A model generated the notes under the pieces. It made no database searches and had not been told where the DNA came from. It saw nothing but the letters and a program-made list of their open reading frames with translations. A program made the translations under genes and the position numbers. A DNA stretch of 64,000 nucleotides from Blasia pusilla (taxonomy: Eukaryota), in assembly GCA_050084515.1 (NCBI GenBank), contig CM114271.1:14508001-14572000 (forward strand), given 5' to 3'. Within the stretch, counting starts at the first letter, position 1. Each line of letters opens with the position of its first letter. Shown here one piece after another: positions 37,341 through 51,568 of the stretch.

Positions 37341-40300
37341 CTTGAATTTCACCATGGCTATAAGCTGTTCAGGGATTCAAGTGCAGGCTCCAATTAAAGT
37401 GCAGACTTCAAGTGCAGGCTTAAAGTGTGAATTCTGTCCATTCGACTTGGGCAAGACCGGACAGTACATAAATGGAACCGAACACCAAAATTATAGTGCA
37501 CATAATAATAGACATGTTTTCCTGGATTACGATCTAAGCTTTTATCTATCACCATGGCTGAATGTGTGGCACTGATAGCTACTTACGTGCAAATTGGAAA
37601 ATGATACTCACGGACGCAAAGAATCTCTTACATGAAAGTTACGGAGTGGACCCCATCCGCCTAATCTGGCTTGAAATCCGCGGTCCGCAGCTCGCAGCAG
37701 TTCGACTTACAACTAATCAAGCTCGTAATGAAATGCTAATACGCTGATAATCACAGCTAATCACGGTCTCTGCTCTTCCTCGTTCCCTCTTTCTCCTCGC
37801 GCGCCCTTTGTATTCCTCGGTTCCGGGTCTTCCGCTCGTAATCAAATGCTAATCCGCTCGTAATCAAATGCTAATCCCTCCGTGTTCGGTTTCTACCGCT
37901 CTTCTCCTTTCTTTCCAAAATGATCGAATCCCCTAATTCCCGCCCTAATACCCGTCGACAAATTCTGTCATTTGAATGGACGACGTAAATGACGGACGCG
38001 CCGCCGTGTCCGTCCGCCGCCGTCCGATTAGCGCCGTCTCGTTTAGATCCGTCCGTCTCGGACGGCGTCCGTCTCCGAATGTTGTCCTCCCTGTCCTCCG
38101 TCGCGACCTCTTTACCCTGAGTCGCGACCTCTCCATACCGGGGCTCCCAAACCTGAAACCTAGGCCCGACCCAGCTCGAGGTAGACGCTACCCTGGGCGC
38201 CTTGAATGCGATTCTGGGACAAAGTATGGGCTTCGGCAATGAGCGAAAGATCCATCTTCTCTTTCCCACCATTTCTTTTCTTTTTGGCTTTCTTCTTTTT
38301 CGATAAGGATCTTGCAATACGACATGTCTTTGACAAAACCGAACTTTTTTACTACGTTTTGTGAGTCCTTTCTAAAATTATGAAACTCTCTAAGAACAGT
38401 TTATATTTCAGTTTTCATTTCAAAGAAATTGGTTTTACTTTTCTTACGTAAGAAACTTCAATACAAATTAATTTCGAGGAATTTGAAATGAGATAAAGTT
38501 ACGACGATAGACAATTTTTTTAAAATCTTGTGAATGAATGCACCTCCCAAATCCCCATAAACACCAATATCATACTATTCAAGAGCCATATTCTAAAACT
38601 TGTCAATAATGCAAGGCAATTAAAGCCCAAGGCCTCCTAATCGGAGTTTACGCCAAACACAAAATCTTAAAATTGGAGTTGGATTTTTCACATCTCACCT
38701 TCTACAATTCTTTGTCTCCACACGAATTAATTAGTAATTATAATAAAGTGTGAATATATTCAATTAGGAAGAAAGGAGAAGACATAGGTCACAATTTCAA
38801 AAAAGTCGTATTTTAGAAGGCACCATTTTGATATTTATTCATTTTTTAGAATTCATTTAATATTAAAAAAGGGTAATAATGACTTTAGGATTCATTGAGT
38901 GAATATACCAAGACATATGAGATATACCATCCAATCTATGAGGGAAAAAGCTTCAATTGTTTAGTTCATCGGGACTTGAAAAGAGAGAAAACTATTAAGG
39001 GAATGAAGAAAATCTAAGAAATACAATTAACATTTCAATCCCCTTTGAAGTATGGGAGAATTCTCATTGTTAAAGATCATAGTAGAGTAATGATCGTATA
39101 CTAAAACGTGCAAGATCTATTCTTATAAAGAAGTATTTTAGACCCCAAATAAGAAGAATTTTTCTTTCAAATTTTGCCACACCATAAATTCCATAAAGAT
39201 ATATCATCCAAGCATTCTTGGACCATATATATATATAATGAGTTATTTATCTAAGATTAAGTTACTTATGTAGTTTTAGTAAAGGGTTTTTGATGATGAT
39301 ACACCAAAAGTGACTTGTGGAGATTAAAGTGATTTATTGCCACTTGCCATGATTTAGAGAAATGGATTGTACAACAAGCACATCTTATCCATGTCTTAAA
39401 TACATAAAGTGGGAGGGGAAATCATGCTCTTCAACTAAACTTTTATTCTCTCTTTTGGCAAGACAATTTCCCTTTGCACACATTTACTTATTGTCTACGA
39501 TTTGTATTTTTTGTAATGTAACAATGTCATAGCTTTCAAGAGTGTGAAGAATATTTAGGCGTATAGGAGAAGATATAAGATTTTTTGTGATGTTGTCATA
39601 CCAAGGCTTTACCAAATCCCATTAGAACTCTGTAATTTAGTGTCCTTGAGCCAAAATCATATTGGGATGGGTGACCTTTTTGTGAAGTCTTGTTGCTCCA
39701 TCCAACCTTTAGGCCGGTAGGGGGATTGTCCCCTTCTTTTTCTTTCACTCGGGCCAGGTATGGCCTTCACGTAGTTGATTCTTTGAGCATCCCCCCCCCT
39801 CTTTGCACTTTTGATAGATTTCCCCATCATCCTTTTATGTAGGCTTTCTTATTCCTTTAAGAGAGAAAATGAAAGAGATGTTATAAAGAAACTAGTATAT
39901 ATTCCAATTTTAGTGCCTTTAATGCATAAATGTTATTGAGTGAACACTAGCCATTTGATGTAACTCTATTCTTCTGAATATCTTAAAAATTGTGGTACTT
40001 AACAAACATCTTCATGAGCTCAAGTTAAATCTCTCGAGATTTCAAGTTTTGAACAAAGTGTTGTGACAAAATTTAAGGCATTACGCAGGGTTTAGGGTAA
40101 TTGGACTCGTAAGTGCCCATAAGGGACAGATGTATAGATCCCTGTTTAGAAGATTAGATTTAATAAGTCCACTCTTCAAAAGGAAGAAAAGAGACACACA
40201 ATATGACCACAAAAAGTATTAACTAAATCTTTGAGGCATGTATCAAGCAACAAGTAGTCACCCAGAGAACTGCAAGTAGAATATAGATTATGCCAAGGTG

Positions 40301-42182
40301 CTTTGCCCGTAGTTAAGTATTATGGATTTTTTTACAAAAACAGTCATAATCAAGGTTAAGTGACTTGTACTCCGTCTTTGAAACCAAGATCCAGGTATTT
40401 TTCCAAAATTTCAATATTTTTTCCTACGTATATTTAAGGTTTTCCCAACTCTGGTCTATATTGATAGAATTACGAAGGATATCCACACATGCAATTGATT
40501 TTTGGCTAATGATTGAGAAATGGAGACAAAAATTCTCCCCAACATTGTTAAAAACGTTACACATGCCTCAAAAGAAGTGAGTATACGTTTCTCACCAAAA
40601 ATTGTGAGGGACGTGCCGCATTTTTTGACTAGAGATGAATCAGATAACGAGGTGAGGCTTGTGACCTCCCTCGTAAGTGGATTATTCTTTATTTGGCATG
40701 AAAGAAAATTGATCAATAAATAGTAAAACCAAACAATAAACATAATTTCGAACTTGAGATGAGACAATGAATTCATAGTACATTCCTGAATCTTACATGG
40801 TTAGATATGAACAAAAATTATGATGTTCAACAATTATCAATCACGGTGTATCGCCAAAAGACTTTAGTCTGGAATGATCCATCGGCAAACAGTGCTTTTC
40901 GAGGCATTAATGGGATACACATGATGCGTCGAAGATGAAAGGATTTCCGAAACTAGGAAGGTGCTACGACACTTGCCATAAATACTACGACAGAAGCATT
41001 CCTCAAAAGTTCATGCATTCCTACAAAGAATGCATCAACAAAATAAGAATTAAGTTCCGTACGCTGTTAACTTGACATAAACTTGACGTTGTTCACTAGT
41101 GGACAACTCATGTCTTTCACAAGAATGAAGGGACTAATCACAAAAACTTTTTTTTCTTGTTGATTTAAAGGCAATAAGAAAACATTTTCTTATTGCCTTT
41201 AAATAGAAAACATTTTCTTAATACTTCAAAATTACCCGATAATCACATGTGACTTGTTCACAAATCAAAAAGGCCCTTTTTTATAATGATAAAAAATATC
41301 ATGCCAATTACCAAACCTCCGTTGCACTTTGACATTTGCAAATAGAGGGCTCCTCCGTTTCATATGGGCAAGGACTACATCCATATTTTGACGGAGGATA
41401 ATCTTCTGGTCTCCAGATTGGTGGAGGTGCTCTGCAGAAGTAGGAACAGTAATGCCGACAGTTGCTGCGGTGCTGGAAGACTGGGTCAAAACTACATTCC
41501 AAGGTCATTCTTGAAGAGTTCCGTCTTCTCGAGAGCAGGTTTGTGAGCTACTAATACGAGACCATAAGTGCAGATTCCAAATTCCGTCAACCCAAAGGCA
41601 TGCCACTAACAGGGGGTCGGACATCACGTTTTGGAGCTGAACTAGGGACTGTACTGGTGATCAATGAGTTGAGTACCAACTCACACCGTAATTTTTCAAA
41701 TGTCGTCACAGGTAGCACAGCAGGCATGGACATTTGATTGTATTTCCCTGTGGATACTCTTTTTCTGGAAATTGAAGGTTTTGACCGACTCCAAATGTTA
41801 GCAAAACAGTTCTTTTGACCTTCGAATTCAGATGTTTCAGTCTTAAGATAGAAGTTGTCAAGGTCTTGAGAACAATCACGAGGGCAATCCTACCAAGCAA
41901 TGTGCATACTGGTCAGGTGCCTCGCATCATGCTTTAGGGTGACTTCTCCAACATGAAGTCGTGACAACTTAGCAGAAGTAATCAAATGGAAGCCAAGCTT
42001 TCCTACAGTGGTGAATTGGTGCATTTCCATGTGGACAGTAAATTTACAGATTTCCTCAACCCTACAAAAGAAGCCGATCATATTTACTGGCTACGAAACT
42101 CAAGACAGCACAATCTTGGTGCATTTTCAGACTCTAATTGGATTCTATTCAATAAATACATCAAATCATGACTGTCCTGTAC

Positions 42183-45100
42183 CTATATCATCTCATGAAA
42201 CCTTGCCAAAGCCTTCTTCTGGATCACAATGCGGTAAGTATCACCCGGCTGTGTTTCAAACCGGGCATCAATCTTTCGCTGGCTCGCACTCCCCAGCCCT
42301 GCCCTTTCCCCAGTTCCTTGAGCTTGCACTGGTTCAACTATTCCTGTTCCTTCCTTTCCAAGCCCCTGCACTTAGCAGTGCTGATGAGTCAGTCTAATGC
42401 ACAATTTCTTTTCACCCGTCTTTATGATGACATGCGACTAGATTTGTTTGTACACCTGGGAGTGCAGGAGAGACTAGCATAGAACCTGAATGTGACTCGC
42501 ACAAGGATTATCCAGAGTCATTGTTCTTTGAATCTCTACTCCCATAGCTAACATAGAAATTTCGACTAACTACTTGGGTTGAACTGATTCAAAGAGTGAC
42601 AGGATTTTGGGACTTACCGATCCTTCTTGCCAGCCCATATTCCTTAGCATCCGATTGCCAACATTCCTCTCATCCAAAGCTTTTTCAGCAGATATCACCT
42701 CAAATGACTGAACTTCAGGACCAGCTAATGCTGTATTTCCACCTGAAGACTTGGCCCCAACACCAGGAGGGAAAGGCATATCCAAACCCCGCCCTTTAAC
42801 ACCTGGAGTCCAAGGCATTAGGTGGATTGTCTGATGGAGAATCTGATATCTGTGAGCATACAATCCCAACTCCCCATTTTCCAACTGTCTCACACTCATA
42901 CAGTGAAATATTCCCACCTACCTAACACTTGTATACTTTGTTATTTTGGTTGGGGTTGCAACCAGTAGGCCAAAAGGACACCAATTGTAGCAACAGAAAG
43001 ACAGAGATTACTGGATAAAGAAACTTTAAAACCTGGGGAGAATGGAGAAAAAAAAACTCATACAAATTCCTAAAAGTGGTAGACCATCTGAGAAACTTAT
43101 CTCTACAGATCATAAATTTTCAGGATAGTACACTCTTGCACACGTCTCCAATTATGAATACCAGGATGAACGGATTCATTTCTTTCTTGTGTGAACGTTT
43201 TCTGTGAACTATTGCACCAACATACTCTTCCTACATTAGTCAGCAGTTCATCTACTAGTTTATTTCCTGGGACCATTAGGGGGAGAAAATCCCGAGTGGT
43301 AGAAAGAACCTTAGCAAGTGTCATTGCAGATAAATAGTCAATAATGATCCTAACCTAATAAAAATGCATGCTGAAATTCATTCAAACAATCCTACTTAAA
43401 GTCGTACCTTTATCCTTCAAGTCAGTGTCAGATGAAACATCACCCGGTAATGATGAACCATACAAATTTCTCCGCTCTGCAGCTCTATCTCTATATCCTG
43501 TCTGGGGTGTCTCCGTGAACCTTCGTCTAGTACCTGCCATTGGACCATATGAACCCAATGCTGATGCATCAGTTCTAAAGGGAGCCGCACTGGCTGTTTC
43601 AGACGATTGAGTTGCATTCCCTAAACCTCCACTTTCTGTAACTCCCCTTCCAACTCCTCTACCCGCACCTCTTCCAGCTCCTCCAGCGGGTCTTGAGAAG
43701 ACGTTGGTGGAAGTAACTGTCCTGGGAGCGCTTTGGTGGCCAGTGAAAGTGTTACTGTTTTGACTATTTATAGGCTTTGCCCTTCCGACCCCTTCAGACC
43801 CATGAATAATACCAGTAAATGTGCTTCCCCCACTGCGCCCTATAGACACAAAATTATCCTTTGAAGTACTGTCTGATCTGAATCTTGGATTCCCAATCTG
43901 ACTGGATGTATTACTATTTGTTCCTGAAACTGAAGTACTGGTGTCAGTTGCAGTATCAACTGTTGCAGGAGGGCCTTGAGGAGTGGCATCTGCTGTCCCT
44001 TGGCCTCCCTGGCCTTCGAATTGGCGTTGTTTCCACATTGTCATTGCATTGGTTATCTTCTTCTTGCTTACCATAGCTGGTCCTTTACCAGCCAACCGAC
44101 TTTCCTTCTCCTTCTCTTTCAACCTCTCTTTCTCTTTCTTAGCGGCGGAGACCTGAGCAGCCACTGCAGCTGCTGCCACTGCCTCTGCCAGAGTTGGCTT
44201 CTTCTCCACAAGTTCTAATGAAACTGCTGGTGGTGCTGATATAACAGCTTTGGAGGTGACAGCACCATCCATAGAAGATTCATAAACCTTGTCATCAGAT
44301 GATCCCTTAGCAACTTTGGTCGCATCTGATCCTGCATCATTCACATTTTCGGCAGAGGAATCCACATATGGCGTGTACTGCTGTGTCTCTTGATGGTATG
44401 TATACCATACACCAGTGTTACCATCATAGTATAAGCCTGCACTCAGGAGATGGCATATTAATTGAAGGCATAAATCACTCTACAAGTTATGCCTCATGAT
44501 CATTAACCCACAAGTTGAACATAATACAAAACGTACCACGGTGTCCATCGTAGTAGAACCCAGACGCTGCATCATAATAGTATCCTGAGGCTTCATCCCA
44601 GACAAATCCAGATTGCGGAGCCTCCGTTCCATCTGAAGTAGCAGCATCATTTGTACCACTGCCATCACTACCTCCTTGTTTACCTTGTCCTGCATCTTGA
44701 GGTGGTGCTTTTCCCCGTCCTTTCCCTCCTACCTTCGCTCCTTTGGTGACTGTTCCTTGAAGTCCATGACCTTGATGCAGACTTCCTTGGGTAGAAGATG
44801 CAGTCCCATTGGCGACATCATCGTCCGGGTTGTACTCCTTTGGTGCCCAACCTGCATTGTCATACTGCCACCCCAAATAACCATTATTGAATTTTCTTCC
44901 TTCTGTCTCATGGAAACCAGAAAATTGGAATAATCCTTCCTGGTAAAGCCAACATTCAGCACATCTCATAAAGCACACATTACACTTTCAAAACATCCAC
45001 TATTATGTGATAATTGAGTTTAACTTCGAAAACACGGGGATTCTTGACCAGATCTCTCCAGCACACCCGAAAAATACAGCATCAAATCACAAATGTCTAG

Positions 45101-48100
45101 AGTCCCAGAAAACATCCTGAAGGTGATCATCACCTAATGAATAACTGGAACAAAAGCTGATGGAGAGTACCTGCTGGGCAAAAGTAGCAGCCTCAATTGC
45201 TGCCGCGGCAGCCAGACTTCCTTGCGAAGGAGTAGAACTAGGTGCAGATGATCCTGGACCATATATACTCTTGGCGAAGGCCACTCGTAAAAGTTGACCA
45301 TTTTTTTCAAGGGCAGTTCCATTACTTGCTTCCAGAGCTTTGGAGGCCTCCTCCACCTGTAAAATAACCATTCTATATCAGTGAATGGATCAAATCAAGC
45401 ACAAAGAGAAATTGAAGATGAGTCTATGCAATTGTAGTGAAACCCTAAGAAATTCCTTTCTGTAATTTGATGACACTAAATCCGACTTCTATTCTTCATA
45501 TCTTCAGTTCTATTAGTTTGGACTTCTGGCCTTCCTAAGGTTCTATGAGAACTGCCATGACCCCCACCCGGAGTTCCTATATCACTTGCACAATGAAAGT
45601 CTTTGGGTGTTCCTGAATGACAACTAGTGTTAACACATCACAGAGGTGCAGCATTTGCTGTTGTAAGTTGTTATCAAAGAATTCAAACAAAGTTTAATTC
45701 ATAGATCATAGAACAATTACTTTCACCCGTCCTGCTGTTAGGAGGAGAATGCCTTTCGCTTCATTGCCCTGAAATAATTTTGAGAGCTACAAGTGCACAT
45801 GTCACAATCCTACACAGAGCACCACCACCTAGGCCACTCACTTGTTAACCCTAGCCAGTAACACAATCTACTCCAGAAGATACTGGATACCACACTACTT
45901 CATTCCCCAGATCAAAGTTAGTACTACTCAAATCTATTTCAAGCTTATATCAATCCTGACTTCCAAGATAAAATTAACCACCATGTCACATGCACCCCAG
46001 TTTCCAAGGAAGCACTCTTTAATAGCTTACCGAATGGAAATGAATAAAAGCGAATCCTCTTGAAACATGTGTGAACTTGTCTCGAACTAGTCGGAGATCC
46101 TGGATACAAATGTGGGTTTTACATGAATGATACAATCTGGAACTTTGACTCAAAGGGTTTCCAGCAACTACTAGGGATTAGCTAAGGCACAAAAAAGTAG
46201 ACAAGACCAGAAACAACCCTACACACCTATCCCCAAGTTCACAAAGGGCTGAAGAGAGAAAAGTTCTTCAAATGTGAAGAATTGAAAGGAGGATACCCAT
46301 AATCATAACCCATTTTCAAGAAACGCTCAAAGGCCAGATACAGGGAAGAAGACATAGACAACTTACCTTAATAGGAGCATATTTTGAGAACTCGTAGTGC
46401 AAGCTCTCTTCATTGACATTTTCAGCCAAGCCTCTCACAACTAGCACATGAGTAGGACCTGCATAAAGAACCATTACTTTCAGTTAGCACCCTTCTGCCA
46501 CATTCTCAGCTACACATCTGTATTGCCAAATACTGTTGTCCCTCAATAAAGGAGTGCACGCTCATTTCACCCTATCCACCACTATCCATCAATGAAACTC
46601 TCCTTTTACAAAAGAGTTCCAGACAAAAGCTCACAACAACATGCAACATGAGCTGTACAGCATATTACTTGCTGGCTAGCCAACAAAAAAAGAATTGTGA
46701 CTGCTGAATCATGACTGCCATGAACTCGACCAACCTGCTTCAGAACTCCTCCTCCCACCAGAAGCTGGGGCTGCTGATGCTGGTAAGTCAGCAGCTGGGG
46801 CATCTTCAGCTCTCCCCTCATTGCACTACAGCCACACAGACATAAGAATAGTGAAAGCTAAGCTACTCATTCCAAATATCAGATTGAGCTAGTGCAAAGC
46901 AGAACATCGTAGAAGTTTCAAAGACACCCTCACCTGGAAGCAAAGAGTGCGCCGTGCAAAGTTGACACACCCACAAACCGTGCACATCCAGTCAGAGCCA
47001 GTTCCAGTGCTGCTCTTAGAAGAGCCTCCCCGTCCACTGCTTCCACTTTGTGGTGCTCCCACTCCACCTGTTGGCTTGCTACTGTTTTCCAAACACACCA
47101 ATGACAGGATAAATTAGGGGTTCATTCTTGAGTCCAACTCATCACTGTTGAATTGTAACAAAGGTACACAGCCCCAACAAACCCTAAGCAGACACTCGTA
47201 AGAACATAGATATTAGTAGTCATTTTCTGTGAGAGATCTATCCAGCGACCAAAACGGGAGTTCTGCTCATTGAATATGATGAGTAGTGGAGGGTCCCATT
47301 CCTTCAACTAATAGTCATTCAGAGTTTAAAAGTAATACGACAAAGCTTACTGGATTTGCATTGCAAGAAAATTGCAACCTGACTTGATTTAAACAAGTAC
47401 TATTCACAACCAGCTCGCAAAACATTTGCCATTTCCCTGGCTTCACTATCTAAACTGCTCTTATTTGTTTAATCATATGAAAAATTCTCACAGGAAAGCA
47501 TGGACACTCCAAACAGGAGAAATACTCTGAAGGATGAATCCAACTCCAGGGAACTGAAATAAATCCTGCTATACAAGATACGAAAACCACCCACAACACT
47601 GTTTGAAGTGCTAATAAATCCAGAAGAACAAATTTCACACCTGTACTCAAAATAGAGGCACCGACCATCTACCACTAACCCAGTATATCCAACACCATCC
47701 ATCATCTTCTGCGCTGCTTCCTGCACCAACATTGGCAATAGTAAATGTCGGAGAGTGCTTTACAATTTGTGGACTCAGGTGTCATTTCAGCAATCCAGTT
47801 GTGTCATATTTTGTCTGAAACAGAACAAAAATTACTGCTTGAAACAAATTGCCAGCCTCACTGATAAACTTGTTTATGGCACTCACTGGCGCAATAAGGA
47901 ACATGGAGTACTTTTTTTCCTCCATATCTGAAACCCGAGGGCCAAATAATAAACCCGAATGTTGACTACGTGTTCAGCCAAAATCCCAGGTATTTTCTTT
48001 GTATCAATCTTATGGATATAAATTTCTTTATACCAGATCACATAGTTTATAAAGGTTGCTAATCAGTCTACAAGAAGGGAGAAATTGGATCCCTAGGTAA

Positions 48101-51100
48101 ACTGGACATAGAATTTTCATCCATCCTACTCCACAGGTACACCGGCGGCAGGAAACGGATCCCATAAGATGACAAAAGATAATCAATTGTCAAACTTAGA
48201 GCTAAGCTTAAGTGGTTGATAGCTAGGCTGGTTTCGAAGTATTTTGGCTCAAGAACTAGACTTCACAGGAAAGATCTGACTAATACCATCAAGATATTTT
48301 TGGACAGTGCCTTATTTAAAGGTGCCTTAGTTACACTCATTTTAAAACAGTAGAACTTTATTTCAATCTTCATTACCTTCCACGTTTGTATAATATATTT
48401 TTTATGACTTGTCGAGGAAAAAGTCTGAGTTATGAGCTACTATGCGAAAATGATCAGAAACAAAACCTTATTTCTAAAGGTTATTAGTGTCACATCCTAT
48501 TTCTCTTGTATCCTGACAATCACTTGAAACTCCGGAAAAACTAGACACAAAAAGACAAAATCCCTAATGCAATGATCACAGACAAATTTATGCGAATTGC
48601 CAATGGGCAGAGGCACATATGGATTTGACATGTGTGAAGGGAGTATCTTACCACAGAGGGGAAATCCACAAAAGCAAAGCCCCGTGAGACACCTGAATTC
48701 CTTTCTTTGATCACACGTACGTGCCTCAGGGGCCCCCAGTCAGCCTGCATGTGAGATCCTTTTAGTTAGTGACATGGCAGCATTGGCATGTGGTTGCCAT
48801 CTTAGCCTTTGAGTCCCTGCCCATCAGATCCAAGGATGAAGCAAAACGAGCCCTGGCACTTGAACACCATTCGGAATGTGCTTGGGGAGAAAGCCTTAGT
48901 GTCCGGCAGTTTAATTATGCGTTGCGCCCCACTGATGGATTCTCACAGCAATGTATACCATGAAAGAAGCAATTGTTGCAGGTTCTTCATGAAGCTAGGC
49001 ATGTGAAATTACCAGAGCATGATAAAGGTCATCGTCCACAGTTTTCTGTGAAAGCCCTTTCACCACAAGGGTTGCAGATGGTGCCTGCAGCTCACCACAA
49101 AACTTGAACTGTGAGATTGTTGTTTATGGCAACAGACACCCAAACGCCAGGCCGGCAGACCAACATCCTCAACTCACATCCATCACTGGCCATAAAGGTT
49201 GCTGCCAAGATGCCCCATAGAAGGCATCCAGTAGGCATGTCCTCCAGAGACAACTAAGTCGCTGTTGTAGGTGGTTACAATCTCCCAACATGAGTATATG
49301 CAAGGAAGGCACAGGTCTTGGTCACTGTGGAGAGAACTTCGCCCAGAAAGTGAAAATGTAAGGATGACAGTCAGACTGTCCTTTGACCCCCCACCTGGCC
49401 ATCTAATCGTTCACAAACCAATCACCAATCATGTGGCGTCAACCAAGATCTTTCCTCTACTTGTGAGTATGTTTCTGTTCCACTTTAAAAGGCAGACAAT
49501 ACTCGCAAGGGCAGTACATCAAACTTATTACCAAGGGCGCCCGTTCATGATGGCTACTCCTGCCCTCCCGATCTCTTCGCCTCTCACTACGAGTAGATTC
49601 ATGACGGGGGACATCTTCATAACTATCCTCTCTCCAACCACGGCTGCGACTTCGAGGAGACCGTGACCTCCGGCTCCTTTCCTCATAACTGAAGGAACGG
49701 GACCTTTCTCGTCGACCATCTCTATCCAGAGGACTCCAATCGCGGTCCTTCTCTCGACTGCGGCTTCTATCCACTTCTCGATCTTTTCTTCGACGCCATT
49801 CTCTGTCCCTACCAGGATCCCTGCGCATCCTTTCTCTGTCTGAATCATACCCTCGATGGCGTGTGAACTCAAAATCACGACTCCCTTCACGACTGCCCCT
49901 CAGTGCTGGCCTTCGTCTGTATTCATACTCATCCCCATCATAACTATCTCGATCCCTACTGCGGCGCCCAGCTCTTTCAAAGCCATAGTCTCCAAAGCTC
50001 TCAACAAATCCAACTTTGTCGTGTCTTTGCACTTCCTGCAGCAAAACCAGCTCATCTTCTAGAGTTCGCCTTTTGGCAGGTGGCCACAGTCCAAGGACAG
50101 TTGGACCCATTCCAAACGCCTCTCTTTCATACAAGAGTTCCCTTTGATAGGAGTCCCGCAGAGCAGTGTCTCGTGTATAATTTCCTTCCAAGTAGGCCCC
50201 TCTTCCTCCATATGTTCCTCCACCCCTGTTGACACAAATCATCAATAATGAATCACACAAAATACTCATCTTGAAAATAACATCACAATATGAACGTCCC
50301 CAACGGCAGTCTGAGCTTCATATTGACTAGGAAAATCTTTCAAAACTCATTTGATGTCACCATCTAGTAGCCATGTAATCCAGATCTACGCAGCTAGACC
50401 CAAGCAGCTTAAATTTAAGCCAGTTATTCACTGAGTACGGTTTAGTATGGCATAATGTAAACAAACAGCCCTTCAAGCCTCCCAAAAATTCAAAAGCCGT
50501 CAGTAAAGAATTAGACTATTGAGTGCCGTGCATAACGTCATTGAACAATCCTAAGACGGTGAGAGGGAAGGGCTTAAAAAATAACGAAAGGGTAGAGAGT
50601 TATGTTGTCCAGCGTCTTGCAAGTTGTGCTACATGGATAAAAAATGAAATTATAAAATTTATTAGGCAGCCTCTAAGTCCCAATCGGTCAGTGAGTCCTC
50701 TCATTTCCATCAGAGATCTTCACCAGGTAATCTTTCAATCGATGATAAGGTATAAACATTACCACTCATGACCCCAACATGAAGTCACTTCACGATATCA
50801 GATAGTCATTACACTCGATCAGAAAATCCACAACATCTGACCGATACGTGAAAATGGCGTTAGCAGAAAGTAGAAAGAAAATCTACCTACCACACTCGAC
50901 TGCAGGTCCACCTACCAGAGCTAAGAAACTCCGGTCCGAATCACATCCTTTCTAAAGCCATGTCTTAGTCTCGCATTTGCAGAGCAACTAACCGTTCAGC
51001 TCTTCACATACACATGAGTCTTTCACAGAGGGTACTAGCCCAGATTTTCCAATTTGGACCCAAGAAGGTTGCTACCTAAACTAATCGTGGGCTCGTCAAC

Positions 51101-51568
51101 AACTCTCCACCAAACAGGAGTACTGCAACAGCGATCATTTGACCAATCACAATTGGGTCGATCCTAACGGGGCAAAACCAGAGAAACGTCGGGAGTGGTT
51201 AGAACCTGAGGTCAGAGTCGTGAACGGGATCGTAGCTCTCCAAAGCCTGTGCATCCAAAAGAAATAGGGCAAGTCAGCACCCAACACAGAAACGGGAGGA
51301 GAGGAGGCCTCTTTTTCTGCCAAATCCAGAAGAGCCATATCCATATTTGGCGTTGGGCGTGCGTGATTGATTGTGTGCTTGCGGGTCAGGATGGTGAGAA
51401 GCACATGAGCCATCATTCTTATGGTGGGGTGATGTCACCCCGTAGCACAGGACTCTAATGAGAAAACCACATAATATTTTGTATTGATATCAACTTTCTT
51501 TCTACTTTGTGTCGTACGCTGCTGTTATCCCATCCTGCTTGCTGCAGCACAAAGCGTCCGCTGTCCAT
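42183..51568 (-). CDS. SUA: SUPPRESSOR OF ABI3-5-like (RBM5/RBM10 family) splicing factor, about 1113 aa
   Basis: 15 GT-AG exons join in frame: 51518-51568, 51206-51246, 49532-50225, 49013-49084, 48652-48744, 47641-47720, 46934-47081, 46735-46825, 46367-46458, 46031-46099, 45171-45356, 44537-44864, 43408-44436, 42618-42802, 42183-42365. Domains: RS/RD-rich, RRM1, RanBP2 finger (DWMCTVC...CFQC), RRM2, OCRE (WDEASGYYYD), G-patch (NVGNRMLRNMGWQEGSGLGK). Confidence 0.93.

Larger units (their letters stand above)
25861..38235 (-). mobile_element. Mutator-like (MULE) DNA transposon, 12.4 kb
   Basis: Imperfect ~190-bp TIRs (CGAAGGCCATAGTTTGTCCC... / ...GGGACAAAGTATGGGCTTCG). TSD GCAATGAG at 25853-25860 and 38236-38243. 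Internal MULE+SWIM transposase. Confidence 0.92.

Noticed and set aside
40085-40100. Telomere-like AGGGTTTAGGG
   Set aside because: Under two units; chance level.
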